In this document: piece after piece, positions 19,429 to 28,342 of the stretch
Numbering within the stretch: position 1 is the stretch's first letter
Layout of the letters: each line of letters starts with the position of its first letter
From: Actinomycetes bacterium
Lineage (GTDB): Bacteria; Actinomycetota; Acidimicrobiia; Acidimicrobiales; RAAP-2
Direction of reading: 5' to 3'
DNA: 64,000 nt
Assembly (NCBI GenBank): GCA_021779735.1
Contig: JAJYAC010000003.1
Location: 1,702-65,701, forward strand
The notes under the pieces: model-generated
Told to the model about the DNA's origin: nothing
What the model saw: the letters and a program-made list of their open reading frames with translations, nothing else
The model's database searches: none
Translations under genes and position numbers: made by a program

Positions 19429-20177
19429 AAGAGGCGAGCCGCGCCGCGAAGCGGCGCGAAGTTCCCGTCGATGACGACCGCCACGTCGAGGTCGCTGAAG
19501 ATTTCGGGCGTCACACGACGAGCGTTTCCCCCCGCGAGGTGCACCGACGTGGCCGCGAATTCCTCGACGAATCCGCGAATCGCCCGCACCACGTCTTTCA
19601 GCCAGATCGCCTCGTCCTCGGCGCGCGCGCGTTCACCGAGGGCCTGATCGAAAGTGCGCCCCTCGTCAAAGGCGGCGGCACCGACGTCGCGCACGCGCGT
19701 CAACACCCCGCTCACCACGAGCGCGAGACCCAGTCCGGTGCCCAGGGTGACCACGACCTCGCGGCCCACCCCCTCGCTCGCGCCCAGTGCGGCGAGCGAG
19801 GCGTCGTTAACAACGCGCACGTCCGCGTGCGTCGCCTCACACAGCGTCCGCTGGAGCTCGTAGCCACGCCAGTAGGCGTCGAGCGCGGGGTCGACGGGCG
19901 TGTGCACCCCGCCGGGTCGCGCGAGGTTGCCCGGCGCCAGCACGCGCCCGTCGGCGAACTCTCCGGGAAAACCCACGCCGGCGCGCGTCACACCAGCGCG
20001 ACGAATGCGCTCGGCGACGACGCTCACGAGGCGCTCGGGCGTGCAGGGGTAGGGCGTGGGGCGCCGCCTCGGGGCCTCAACCAGGGTGCCGTCGGCCTCG
20101 ACGAGGCAGTACTTGATGTTCGTCGCCCCAATGTCGACAGCGAGCAGCCGGTCGGTCACGTCGCTCGTCGCTGCCAC
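19425..20177 (-). CDS. ROK-family kinase (polyphosphate glucokinase-like)
   Basis: AVDIGATNIK, GVGFPG, VVNDASLAALG, VTLGTGLG. Lacks the Cys zinc motif, as PpgK-type enzymes do. Confidence 0.75.
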   Translation of the reverse strand: MAATSDVTDRLLAVDIGATNIKYCLVEADGTLVEAPRRRPTPYPCTPERLVSVVAERIRRAGVTRAGVGFPGEFADGRVLAPGNLARPGGVHTPVDPALDAYWRGYELQRTLCEATHADVRVVNDASLAALGASEGVGREVVVTLGTGLGLALVVSGVLTRVRDVGAAAFDEGRTFDQALGERARAEDEAIWLKDVVRAIRGFVEEFAATSVHLAGGNARRVTPEIFSDLDVAVVIDGNFAPLRGAARLF

Positions 20178-21319
20178 CTGCGAATCGTAGCGAGGTCGAG
20201 GTGGCCACGAGGGCGAAGGTGCGTCTGGGTCCACCAGGGACGCAGTCGTACCCCCACCGGCGGGGCCGAACGCGCCACGACGATCGCCGTGCCGGGGGCG
20301 CGTCGGCGCAGGGGGTTCTGCGCCGTGCCGGCGGCCTCGGGCAGGTACGTCGAGACCCCGGGGTCGGCGAGACCGCCGAGCACACAGCGCGTGGTGTGGT
20401 TGTTCACGATCGTCGCCGCGCGCTTGCCCCAGCGCGCGCTCAACTGGGCGAAATCTTGGACCACCGTGACGAGGGTCACGGAGAGTCCCGCGAGGGTCGC
20501 GGCGAGCTCGTCGAGGTCCTCGAGTGGCGCGACGCTGGCCGCCTCGTCGAGCACGAGTAGCAGTCGGCGCGCGCGGCCCTCGTCGCTGAGGCGCTGCTGC
20601 TCTTCGAGCACCATGCGCAGCGCCCCGCGAAAGAGGGGCTCGTAGTGTCGCTGCTCGCCACGCGGACTGACCAGGTAGAGCGTGTTCGCACCGTGCACCA
20701 CCTCGCGCACCCGAGCGAGGGGCTGGGCAAAGCGCCACGGCAACAGCATCGTCTCGGCGGTCGTGAGAACCCCGTCGAGAGTCTTGGGGTCGTGGCGCAA
20801 GAAGTCCTCCAGCAACGCCGCCGCCTCGCCGCGGCCGAGCCAGGGGTCGAAGTCGCGTGACTCGATGAGTGTGGCGACGTCAAATACCCGCAGGCCGCGC
20901 TCGCGCGCGCGCACGAACAGCGCGGCCACCAACTTCGCGGCCAGCGAGTTCCAAAAGTCCGCGTCCGCGTGTGCGCTCGAGTGACTCGTCAGTTCGTGGG
21001 CCACGCGCAGGGCGTGACGCAGCGAGTGCACACCCTCGAGCGGGTCCCACGTCAGTCCCCGCTCGCGCCCCGGCTCGAGAACCTGAACGCTGCCGAGCGC
21101 GCCGCGCCAGCGCCTCGTCACGTTCACGACGTCGGACTTGACGCTCGTGACAACCACGGCATCACACCAGCCCAGAATCGCCGGGACGACGAGCGAGGAC
21201 GTCTTTCCCACCTGCGTCGGGCCCACCACGAGTAGCGAGCTGCGCTCACTCAGTCGCACCCGCGGACCGACCCCGAGGCCCTTGACGAGTCGCCGACCCA
21301 GGACGAGTCGCTCGTTCAC
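20156..21319 (-). CDS. VirD4/TraG-like type IV coupling ATPase
   Basis: LVVGPTQVGKTSSLVVPAIL (Walker A), TSVKSD, WDPL, FWNS.A, LVLDEAA (Walker B), VVQDFAQL..RWG. Confidence 0.85.
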   Translation of the reverse strand: MNERLVLGRRLVKGLGVGPRVRLSERSSLLVVGPTQVGKTSSLVVPAILGWCDAVVVTSVKSDVVNVTRRWRGALGSVQVLEPGRERGLTWDPLEGVHSLRHALRVAHELTSHSSAHADADFWNSLAAKLVAALFVRARERGLRVFDVATLIESRDFDPWLGRGEAAALLEDFLRHDPKTLDGVLTTAETMLLPWRFAQPLARVREVVHGANTLYLVSPRGEQRHYEPLFRGALRMVLEEQQRLSDEGRARRLLLVLDEAASVAPLEDLDELAATLAGLSVTLVTVVQDFAQLSARWGKRAATIVNNHTTRCVLGGLADPGVSTYLPEAAGTAQNPLRRRAPGTAIVVARSAPPVGVRLRPWWTQTHLRPRGHLDLATIRRWQRRAT

Positions 21320-22470
21320 GACGCCCGCATCGCCGCGTCGGTGTCGATGAAGCGCTGATCGCGCGCGTCGGGTCGCACCGCGACCACGGAACGGTGGGGA
21401 CCGTAGCGAACGAGAGCCGCCCCGCGAGGCAACGCGGGAACGTAGCTCGCCTCGCGCGGGTGCAGTGACAGCGCCGCGGCGATGTCGCGCGCCTCGTCCG
21501 CGGGCTGGCGAAAGAGCCAGGTCGTCTCGCACTCGCGCAGGAGGCCGATCGCGCTCTCTCGCGTGGCGCTGCCCGCGTCGCCGGTCGCCCCCACGTCGCT
21601 GAAGCGATGAAGGACCAGCACGTGACTCACCCCCCTCGCGCGCGCCAGCTTCCAGCTTCCGCGCAGCCAGCGCAGCGACGCGGGATCGCTCAAGAGCACC
21701 CACGCCTCGTCGAGCACGAGGTATCCCGGTCGCGACGGACTCGCCAGGTTCGCCCCCGCGGCGAGCGCCGAGAGCGCGGCCACGGCGAGAGACTGCGACG
21801 ACCACTGAGCGCTGAGGTCGAGCACGACGAGTTCGCCCTCGAGCGAGAGGGGCTCGCCCTCACCGTCGAAGAGTCCCGCGAGGTCGCCCTCGACGAATCG
21901 ACGCAAGATCAGCGCCAGGCTGCGTCGCGCACTCGCGGGACCCGTGAGGTCGGCGCGCAGTCCCTGAAGCAGCGCCGCGAGCAGCCGGGGCGGCCGGGCG
22001 GGGCCGAGCTGGCGCCAGGCCTCGTCGAGGGCGAAGTGCAGCTCGTCTGACAGAGTCCCCGCCGCGCTCGCCAGCAGCGCCCGCACGAGGTCGCGCGAGC
22101 GAGACTCGTCGCTAAAGGGGTCGCACCAGCCGTCGCGCCCCAGGGCCAGGGGCGTCACCCCGTAGGAGCGCGCCAGCGACCCGTACTCGCCCTTGGGATC
22201 GACGACCACGACGCCGCGCGCGCGCGTGAGTGCCCGATCGACGAGCATCTTGACCAGGGTGGACTTGCCCGCGCCGATCGCTCCGGCGACGAGCACGTTG
22301 GGGTTGCTCACGAGGCCCGCGCCGTAGGCGTCGAAGGGATCAAAGACGAACTCCCCGCCCCCGAGGCAGGCGCCAAGGGCCCGTCCGCTCAGGCCCGTGC
22401 CCGCGTCGTGGGCGGGCAGTCGCAGGTCGATGAGGTCCTCTGACGTGGCGAGGTGGGTCCAGGCCCTCAC
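21316..22470 (-). CDS. VirB4-like ATPase
   Basis: FVFDPF..Y..GLVSNPNVLVAGAIGAGKS, VVDPKGEY, GLFDG, LVLDEAW, KLARARG. Confidence 0.85.
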   Translation of the reverse strand: MRAWTHLATSEDLIDLRLPAHDAGTGLSGRALGACLGGGEFVFDPFDAYGAGLVSNPNVLVAGAIGAGKSTLVKMLVDRALTRARGVVVVDPKGEYGSLARSYGVTPLALGRDGWCDPFSDESRSRDLVRALLASAAGTLSDELHFALDEAWRQLGPARPPRLLAALLQGLRADLTGPASARRSLALILRRFVEGDLAGLFDGEGEPLSLEGELVVLDLSAQWSSQSLAVAALSALAAGANLASPSRPGYLVLDEAWVLLSDPASLRWLRGSWKLARARGVSHVLVLHRFSDVGATGDAGSATRESAIGLLRECETTWLFRQPADEARDIAAALSLHPREASYVPALPRGAALVRYGPHRSVVAVRPDARDQRFIDTDAAMRAS

Positions 22471-23513
22471 CAGCTCGGCCCCCCAGGCAGCTGGAAGCGG
22501 AACCACTGGGCCTGACGCCCCCAGCCACGATCGAGCACGACGCCGCTCTCGCGGGCCCGAGCGAGAACGTCGCCCACCGCGCTCTCGAGTTCCTCCAATC
22601 GCGTCGCCCACACCGTCACGTACACGCCCAGGCGCGCGAGCGCTCGCCCCTCGGCGACGCGAGTCTCGTGCTGGAGAGTGCGCGCCAGGCGTCGACGTGC
22701 GCGCGACGTCTCGCGAAATCCCAGCGAACCCGCGGCCGCCCCGTTGCTCGTCGCCGCGTGGCTGTGGCGCTCCGCGCGCCGACGAGCGCTCGCTTCGGCG
22801 AAGACGTCGACGTGCATCGAGAGAGTCGTGGCGCCAGTGCGCTGGAGGCCGGCGAGCAGCGGTGCGCTGGCCGCGGAGAAGTCGCGCACTCTCAGGACGC
22901 GAGCCACCGCGTAGTCCGTTCGCAGGTAGCTAAGGCGCTCGAGGAGCCAAAGGTGCTCGGCGAGTCCGACACCGGCGACGCGCGCGAGCAGGTCGTCGTC
23001 GCGGCGCCAGCCCTCGGGTGCGCGCCCGTGCTCGAGGCAGAGCAACGTCGCGGACTCGACGTCGTCGCGGTGGACGTGCAGGGACGCGTGACGCCCCGAC
23101 GGCGAGGTGGCGAGCGCGTCGAGCATGCCCGCGAGGGCGCGCGCGGACTCGACGTCGGCGCCGGCGAGATCCAGGCGACCGCGGTGATCGAGTCGGTAGC
23201 CCCGCGTGGTGGCGATCGAGCCCGCGTGTACGCGTACGGCGCCGTCGCGTTCGAGGGCCACCCTCGAGAAGTGGCCGCGCAGCGCGTAGGAAATCGCCAG
23301 GACTGCGCGCTCACCCACGCTCGTCGCCTCGCCCGCGGGGGTGGCCGCCACCAGCACGCCGAGAGCGCACGCGGCCTCGAACACGAGTCGCGAGCGCACC
23401 AGGGCGTCGACGAGAAGGCCCGCGCCCACGAGCCAGAGGGCGATCTGGTGGCGACTCAGGCCGAGGAGCCGCGCGGTGGCGTCGCTCTCGCCCAGGGTGA
23501 CCCGCTCACTCAT
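22467..23513 (-). CDS. PrgI/SCO6880-like membrane protein (VirB3-like N-terminus plus region resembling the VirB4 N-terminal part)
   Basis: LLGLS..Q followed by two TM helices, C-terminal GRQAQWF...LP. Position between VirB6-like and VirB4-like genes. Confidence 0.6.
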   Translation of the reverse strand: MSERVTLGESDATARLLGLSRHQIALWLVGAGLLVDALVRSRLVFEAACALGVLVAATPAGEATSVGERAVLAISYALRGHFSRVALERDGAVRVHAGSIATTRGYRLDHRGRLDLAGADVESARALAGMLDALATSPSGRHASLHVHRDDVESATLLCLEHGRAPEGWRRDDDLLARVAGVGLAEHLWLLERLSYLRTDYAVARVLRVRDFSAASAPLLAGLQRTGATTLSMHVDVFAEASARRRAERHSHAATSNGAAAGSLGFRETSRARRRLARTLQHETRVAEGRALARLGVYVTVWATRLEELESAVGDVLARARESGVVLDRGWGRQAQWFRFQLPGGPSW

Positions 23514-24609
23514 CGAAGTGCCAGGTCACGACGGGACCCATCTCGTCCTTCGTGTAGGCCACGTGGCCGCCACGTCGGCGCGGCTCGCCCACCGGTGCCG
23601 CGACGGGTCCTGCGTAGGGCGGAGCCAGCTCCAACTCGCCGTCACCCTCCCACATCCCAAAGCCGAGATCCTCGGGCGTCGTCGGTGCGGCGGGCATCGA
23701 CTCGGGCGCGAGCATGGCGCCGGCGCGAGTCGCGCCGGTGGCGACCTGACGCGCGCCGCGCGAGAGCCGTTGGCGCATGCCCTCGACGTGGTGCAGCGCC
23801 GACTGCTCGATGACGGGCACCACGCGCAGCAACACAAACGGAGTCAGCGCGGCCAGCATCAGCGTCACGGCGCCGGCGACGATGCGCGTGACCGACGAGC
23901 CCGTCAACTCATCGAGTCCGAGAACCAGGGCGATGACGATGAGAAATTTGCTTGCCGCCACGGCGACAAACGTCTCGGCGAGGCGCCAGCCCACGCGTCG
24001 CAGCGAGGGAAAGGTGGCGAGGCCCGCCACGATGGGCACCAGCACGAGCAAGAGGGCGAGCACCACCACGCGCACCACCATCTCGCACCAGAGGAACCAC
24101 GAGCCCACGACGACCGCGACGGCGAGGAGAAACAGTCCGAAGCCCGGCACCGAGCCCACGATGTTGTGGAGTTCATCGGCGAGCACCGTCGCGCGGGCCG
24201 AGACCGAGGTAGCGGCCGCACTCGAGAGGTCGTTCACAGCTCGCAAGATCAGGGCGGCGAGGGGACGGGCCAGAGCGATGGCGGCCACACTCGCCGGCGC
24301 GACGCCGAGGTACGAGCGCCAGAGGGAGCCCGCGTCGCCGTGGCGTATCGCCGCGAAGGTCGCCACCATGAGACCGAGCAGCATCACGATGGGCGCGAGA
24401 GTGCTCAACGTCCCATAGAGCGGCGCCACCGACGTCGTGACCGTGGTCGGATCGCTCGTCGAGGCGAGAACGCCGCCCGCTGAGGTGAGAATCCAGTGCA
24501 CGCTGTCGACGACCCAGTTGGTCAACGCGTTGAAGAGGTCGCCGAGCGTGGCGTGCGTCACGAGACCGGCCGCGCACGTGACCGGATTGAACAGGCAGCC
24601 GATGCCCAT
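23506..24609 (-). CDS. TrbL/VirB6-like polytopic membrane protein
   Basis: About 7 TM helices, W.EMVVR...L...L.P, SKFLIVIAL motifs typical of actinobacterial conjugation VirB6 homologs. Confidence 0.7.
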   Translation of the reverse strand: MGIGCLFNPVTCAAGLVTHATLGDLFNALTNWVVDSVHWILTSAGGVLASTSDPTTVTTSVAPLYGTLSTLAPIVMLLGLMVATFAAIRHGDAGSLWRSYLGVAPASVAAIALARPLAALILRAVNDLSSAAATSVSARATVLADELHNIVGSVPGFGLFLLAVAVVVGSWFLWCEMVVRVVVLALLLVLVPIVAGLATFPSLRRVGWRLAETFVAVAASKFLIVIALVLGLDELTGSSVTRIVAGAVTLMLAALTPFVLLRVVPVIEQSALHHVEGMRQRLSRGARQVATGATRAGAMLAPESMPAAPTTPEDLGFGMWEGDGELELAPPYAGPVAAPVGEPRRRGGHVAYTKDEMGPVVTWHFDE

Positions 24610-24893
24610 CAGTGCACCGCGAGCCCGGTCTTGAAGAAGAAATTGATCAAGTAGGGCGCCGCACCGATCAATATCGCCGCGAGCAGGGACGTGAGAACCG
24701 CCCGGCGACCCGCCGAGGACTGGTGGTAGTTCTGTGAGTGGCTCCCGAAGGCCCAGAGCGCCGCACCAATGACGAGGGCGACCAGACTGGCGACGAGAGC
24801 CCAGCCGGCGACGCCGTTCGCCAGTGACTGGAGAGCGGCGCCGCCGGGTAGCGCATTGACGGAGGGTTCGAGGGTGACGCCGGCCAGCAACAT
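24609..24893 (-). CDS. TrbC/VirB2 pilin-like protein (DUF6112-like)
   Basis: 94 aa: P...LPG...LQ.L.NG...WAL, two TM helices, GRRAVL...AAILIGAA. AGAAAGG RBS. Confidence 0.7.
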   Translation of the reverse strand: MLLAGVTLEPSVNALPGGAALQSLANGVAGWALVASLVALVIGAALWAFGSHSQNYHQSSAGRRAVLTSLLAAILIGAAPYLINFFFKTGLAVH

Positions 24894-24968
24894 GGTGGAC
24901 CTTTCTCTCAGGGACCTCCCAACGGTCGCCACCACCACGCATGTGTGCGGGTCTGCGAGAATGTCCTC

Positions 24969-26261
24969 GTGCTCGCACTCACCCACAACGTGGTCTCTCG
25001 CTGGTCGCCCCTCGCGCTCTACTTCGCCGCAGCGGGCGTGGTCATCCTCGGAATCTTCATCGGCGTTGTTTACATTCGCCATCGCGACCATCGAGCTATC
25101 GCCCAGAGGCTCACGGCCCTGGGCACGCGATTGGGCGTCGAGCCGGGCCATGACGACGGGCGCGTGGAGTCCGCCCTCGCCTATCTCGAAGAAGTGACGA
25201 GCGCGGCCACCACTGCGGTGGGCGAGTCGAGTGCGGAGTCGGTTCGTCTGCGCCGCTCGCTCGACGCCCTGCCTCTGGGGCTCGTGCTGGTCGACGAGAC
25301 GGGTAACGTCCTCTTTCGCAACAGCCAGGCCGAAGCTCTCATGGCGAGCCGTTACGGCGACGCAATCGCCGCCCAAGCGGTCACCGACATCCTCGCCGAG
25401 GGCTGGAACCAGGGAGCCGCCGAGCGCACGATCGACATCTACGGCCCCCCGCGGCGCACGCTCACCATTCGCGCGAGTGTCATCGACGACGGGCGTCGGC
25501 CCCTGGGGGTCCTCGCGGTCATCGAGGACGTCTCGGAGCGTCGTCGCCTCGAAGAGATCCGCCGTGACTTCATCGCCAACGTCAGCCACGAGCTCAAGAC
25601 CCCCATGGGCGCCCTCGGCCTGCTCGCCGAGACCCTGCAGTTCGAGCGCGACTCCGCCGTGGCCAATCGCCTCGCCGAGCGAATCAATAGCGAAGCTTTC
25701 CGGGTGAATCGCATCATCGAAGACCTGCTCGACCTCTCGCGCATCGAGAGTGAGGGATCCCCCGCGCGCGAGTTGATCCCGGTGGCGCTCTTCGTGGCCG
25801 AGGCCCTCGAGCGCATTCGCATGTCGGCCGAACAGCACCAGGTGACCCTGCTGTTCAAGGAGCCCGAGTCCAACCTCGTCGTGGTCGGCGATCGGCGACA
25901 GCTGGTCTCCGCCGCGCACGCCCTGCTCGAGAACGCCGTCGTCTACTCCCCGGCCGGAGGCACGGTCACCGTATCCATCGAACGCGTCGACGACGACACG
26001 CTCGACGCGGAGTCGCTGGCGCCCATGGTGCGCATCGCCATCAGCGACCAGGGCGTGGGCATCCCGGCCAAGGATCTCGAACGCATCTTCGAGCGCTTTT
26101 ACCGTGTCGATCCGGGTCGCGCGCGCGAGACCGGGGGGACGGGTCTGGGCCTGTCCATCGTGCGCCACGTGGCCCAGAACCATGGCGGCAACGTGGTCGT
26201 CGAGTCGCGCGAAGGCGAGGGATCGACCTTCGCGCTCGAACTGCCGATGAAGTCCCAATGA
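24969..26261 (+). CDS. senX3: Sensor histidine kinase SenX3-like
   Basis: RRDFIANVSHELKTPMGALGLLAE, LLENAVVYS, DQGVGI, RIFERFYRVD, GGTGLGLSIV. Start codon uncertain. Confidence 0.8.
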   Translation: MLALTHNVVSRWSPLALYFAAAGVVILGIFIGVVYIRHRDHRAIAQRLTALGTRLGVEPGHDDGRVESALAYLEEVTSAATTAVGESSAESVRLRRSLDALPLGLVLVDETGNVLFRNSQAEALMASRYGDAIAAQAVTDILAEGWNQGAAERTIDIYGPPRRTLTIRASVIDDGRRPLGVLAVIEDVSERRRLEEIRRDFIANVSHELKTPMGALGLLAETLQFERDSAVANRLAERINSEAFRVNRIIEDLLDLSRIESEGSPARELIPVALFVAEALERIRMSAEQHQVTLLFKEPESNLVVVGDRRQLVSAAHALLENAVVYSPAGGTVTVSIERVDDDTLDAESLAPMVRIAISDQGVGIPAKDLERIFERFYRVDPGRARETGGTGLGLSIVRHVAQNHGGNVVVESREGEGSTFALELPMKSQ

Positions 26262-26983
26262 GCAAGCGGTCCGACGAAGTTCGCACCCGTGTGCTGGTGG
26301 TAGAGGACGAGGAGTCCTTCATCGACGCCCTGACCGTGGGTCTCACGCGCGAGGGCTTCGACGTGACGATCGCGCGCGACGGCGCCGAGGCGCTGGCCCA
26401 GTTCGCACCGCGGCGCTACGACGTGGTGCTGCTCGATCTCATGTTGCCCAAGGTGTCGGGTCTGGACGTGTGCCGTTCGATTCGAGGCGCGAGCGACGTG
26501 CCCATCATCATCGTCAGCGCTAAGGGCGAGGAGGTCGACATGGTCCTCATGCTCGAGCTCGGGGCCGACGACTACGTCACGAAGCCCTACCGGCTTCGCG
26601 AATTGGTGGCGCGCATCCGCGCCGTGGTGCGCCGTCGTGAGAGTCACGACGACGTCGAGGCGGACGAAGAGACCATCGAGCGCGGGCCGATCACGATGGA
26701 CGTCGAAGCCCGGCGCTGCTTCATCAGCGGCGACGAGATCAAACTGCGCAAGAAGGAGTTCGCCCTGCTGCGCCTGCTGCTCGAGAATCCGGGGCGCGTC
26801 CTCACCCGTGAGGTGCTGATTGATCGGGTCTGGGGCAGCGACTACGTCGGTGACACCAAGACCCTCGACGTGCACATCAAGCGACTGCGCGGGCTCGTCG
26901 AAGACGACCCGAAGAATCCCGAGTACATCACGACCGTGCGGGGCGTCGGGTACCGCTTCGAATCGCCTAAGCGCGACGCGTGA
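26258..26983 (+). CDS. regX3: OmpR-family response regulator RegX3-like
   Basis: VLVVEDEESF, LLDLMLP, LIDRVWGSDYVGDTKTLDVHIKRLR signature. Confidence 0.88.
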   Translation: MSKRSDEVRTRVLVVEDEESFIDALTVGLTREGFDVTIARDGAEALAQFAPRRYDVVLLDLMLPKVSGLDVCRSIRGASDVPIIIVSAKGEEVDMVLMLELGADDYVTKPYRLRELVARIRAVVRRRESHDDVEADEETIERGPITMDVEARRCFISGDEIKLRKKEFALLRLLLENPGRVLTREVLIDRVWGSDYVGDTKTLDVHIKRLRGLVEDDPKNPEYITTVRGVGYRFESPKRDA

Positions 26984-28271
26984 TCACGCGCTGGCCGCCG
27001 AGGTAGGGCGCGAGCACCTCGGGCAGCTCCACCGAGCCGTCCGCGCGGCGACCGGTCTCTAGCAGCGCGGCCCAGATTCGCGGCCAGGCCAGGGCCGAAC
27101 CGTTCACCGTGTTGACGAACGCCGTGTCGCCCTCACTCGTGCGATAGCGCACGTTGGCCCGACGCGCCTGAAAGTCGCGGAACCAGCTGACGGACGAGAC
27201 CTCGAGCCAGCGCTCGACGCCCGGCGCGTAGACTTCGAGGTCGAACGTGCGCGCCGAGGACGTGCCGAGGTCGCCCGCGCACAGGTCGAGTACGCGATAG
27301 GTCAGCCCGAGCGCGCGCAGCAGACCCTCGGCGCGCGCGAGGACGTCGTCGAAACCCGCCTGCGCCTGGTCCGGGGTGAGGTAGTTGAACAGCTCGACCT
27401 TGTCGAACTCGTGCACGCGCAGCACGCCGCGCGTGTCGCGTCCGGCCGCGCCCGCCTCGCGTCGAAAGCACGCCGTGAGAGCCGTCAGACGAATTGGCAG
27501 TTCAGCCTCGGTGAGAATCTCGCCACGTCGCATCGAGGTCAGGGGCACCTCGGCGGTGGGAATTGCCCAGAGCCCGTCGCGCTCGATGGCGTACATGTCG
27601 TCCATCGACTTGGGCAGGTGGCCCGTGGACATCATCGTCTCGGTCAGGGCGACGCTCGGCGGACGGATCTCCTCGTAGGCGTCACGGTGGCGATCCAGCG
27701 CGAACGCGCTGAGCGCGCGAATCAGCCGGGCGCCGTCGCCGCGATAGAGCGGGAACATGCTTCCGGCGATCTTGGCGCCCGTTTCGAGATCCAGGATTCC
27801 CAGGTCGGCGCCAATCTCCCAGTGCGGCACGCGCTGATAGTCGGCGAAGGCGGGAAACGGCGCGCCGTCGTCCATGCCGAGCCACCACTGGCGCAGCTCG
27901 ACGTTGCCGGTCTCGTCGGGTCCGTCGGGCGCTTCGGGTGCGGGCAGGTTGGGCAGGGAGAGCAAGAGCTCGCGCAGCGAGCCGGCCACCGCCTCGGTCT
28001 GGGTCGTGGCGAGCCGCTCCTCGTCACCCACGACGCGGCTGCGCTCGCTCAACTCGTCGGCGAGCGTCGCGTTTGCCTCGCGTCGCGCCTCGCCCACCTG
28101 GCGCGAGAGCGACTTGACCTCGGCGCGGCGCGACTCGGCGTCCTGGAGAAGGCGTCGGTGCTCGACGTCGAGGGCGATGATCTCCTCGAGGAGGGCCGCG
28201 TCGACGCCGCGACGAGCGAGCGCCGCCTTCACCACTTCTGGCTCACGGCGCAGCTGGGTGAGATCAATCAT
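26967..28271 (-). CDS. serS: Seryl-tRNA synthetase
   Basis: N-terminal coiled coil, IPTAEVPLT, FRREAG, RVHEFDKVE, EVSSVS, NGSALA. Confidence 0.97.
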   Translation of the reverse strand: MIDLTQLRREPEVVKAALARRGVDAALLEEIIALDVEHRRLLQDAESRRAEVKSLSRQVGEARREANATLADELSERSRVVGDEERLATTQTEAVAGSLRELLLSLPNLPAPEAPDGPDETGNVELRQWWLGMDDGAPFPAFADYQRVPHWEIGADLGILDLETGAKIAGSMFPLYRGDGARLIRALSAFALDRHRDAYEEIRPPSVALTETMMSTGHLPKSMDDMYAIERDGLWAIPTAEVPLTSMRRGEILTEAELPIRLTALTACFRREAGAAGRDTRGVLRVHEFDKVELFNYLTPDQAQAGFDDVLARAEGLLRALGLTYRVLDLCAGDLGTSSARTFDLEVYAPGVERWLEVSSVSWFRDFQARRANVRYRTSEGDTAFVNTVNGSALAWPRIWAALLETGRRADGSVELPEVLAPYLGGQRVITRRA

Positions 28272-28342
28272 CCCCTCAGCCTACAAAGACGACTCGTGGC
28301 GCTGGTGGGCCGCGTCGACGCGAGCCAGTAGGTTCACTAGTC

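Noticed and set aside
19425-22611. Long N-terminal extensions on the ROK, VirD4 and VirB4 ORFs in the track
   Set aside because: They are Arg/Pro-rich off-frame reads through upstream genes. Downstream GTG starts at stop/start overlaps fit better.
18107-24893. T4SS genes as an ICE integrated at tRNA-Arg
   Set aside because: They lie on the tRNA 5' side, separated by housekeeping-type genes, with no integrase or tRNA-end duplication seen.
24609-26258. 549-aa minus-strand ORF
   Set aside because: Mostly the antisense shadow of senX3. Only the last 94 codons (own RBS and ATG at 24893) look like a real gene.
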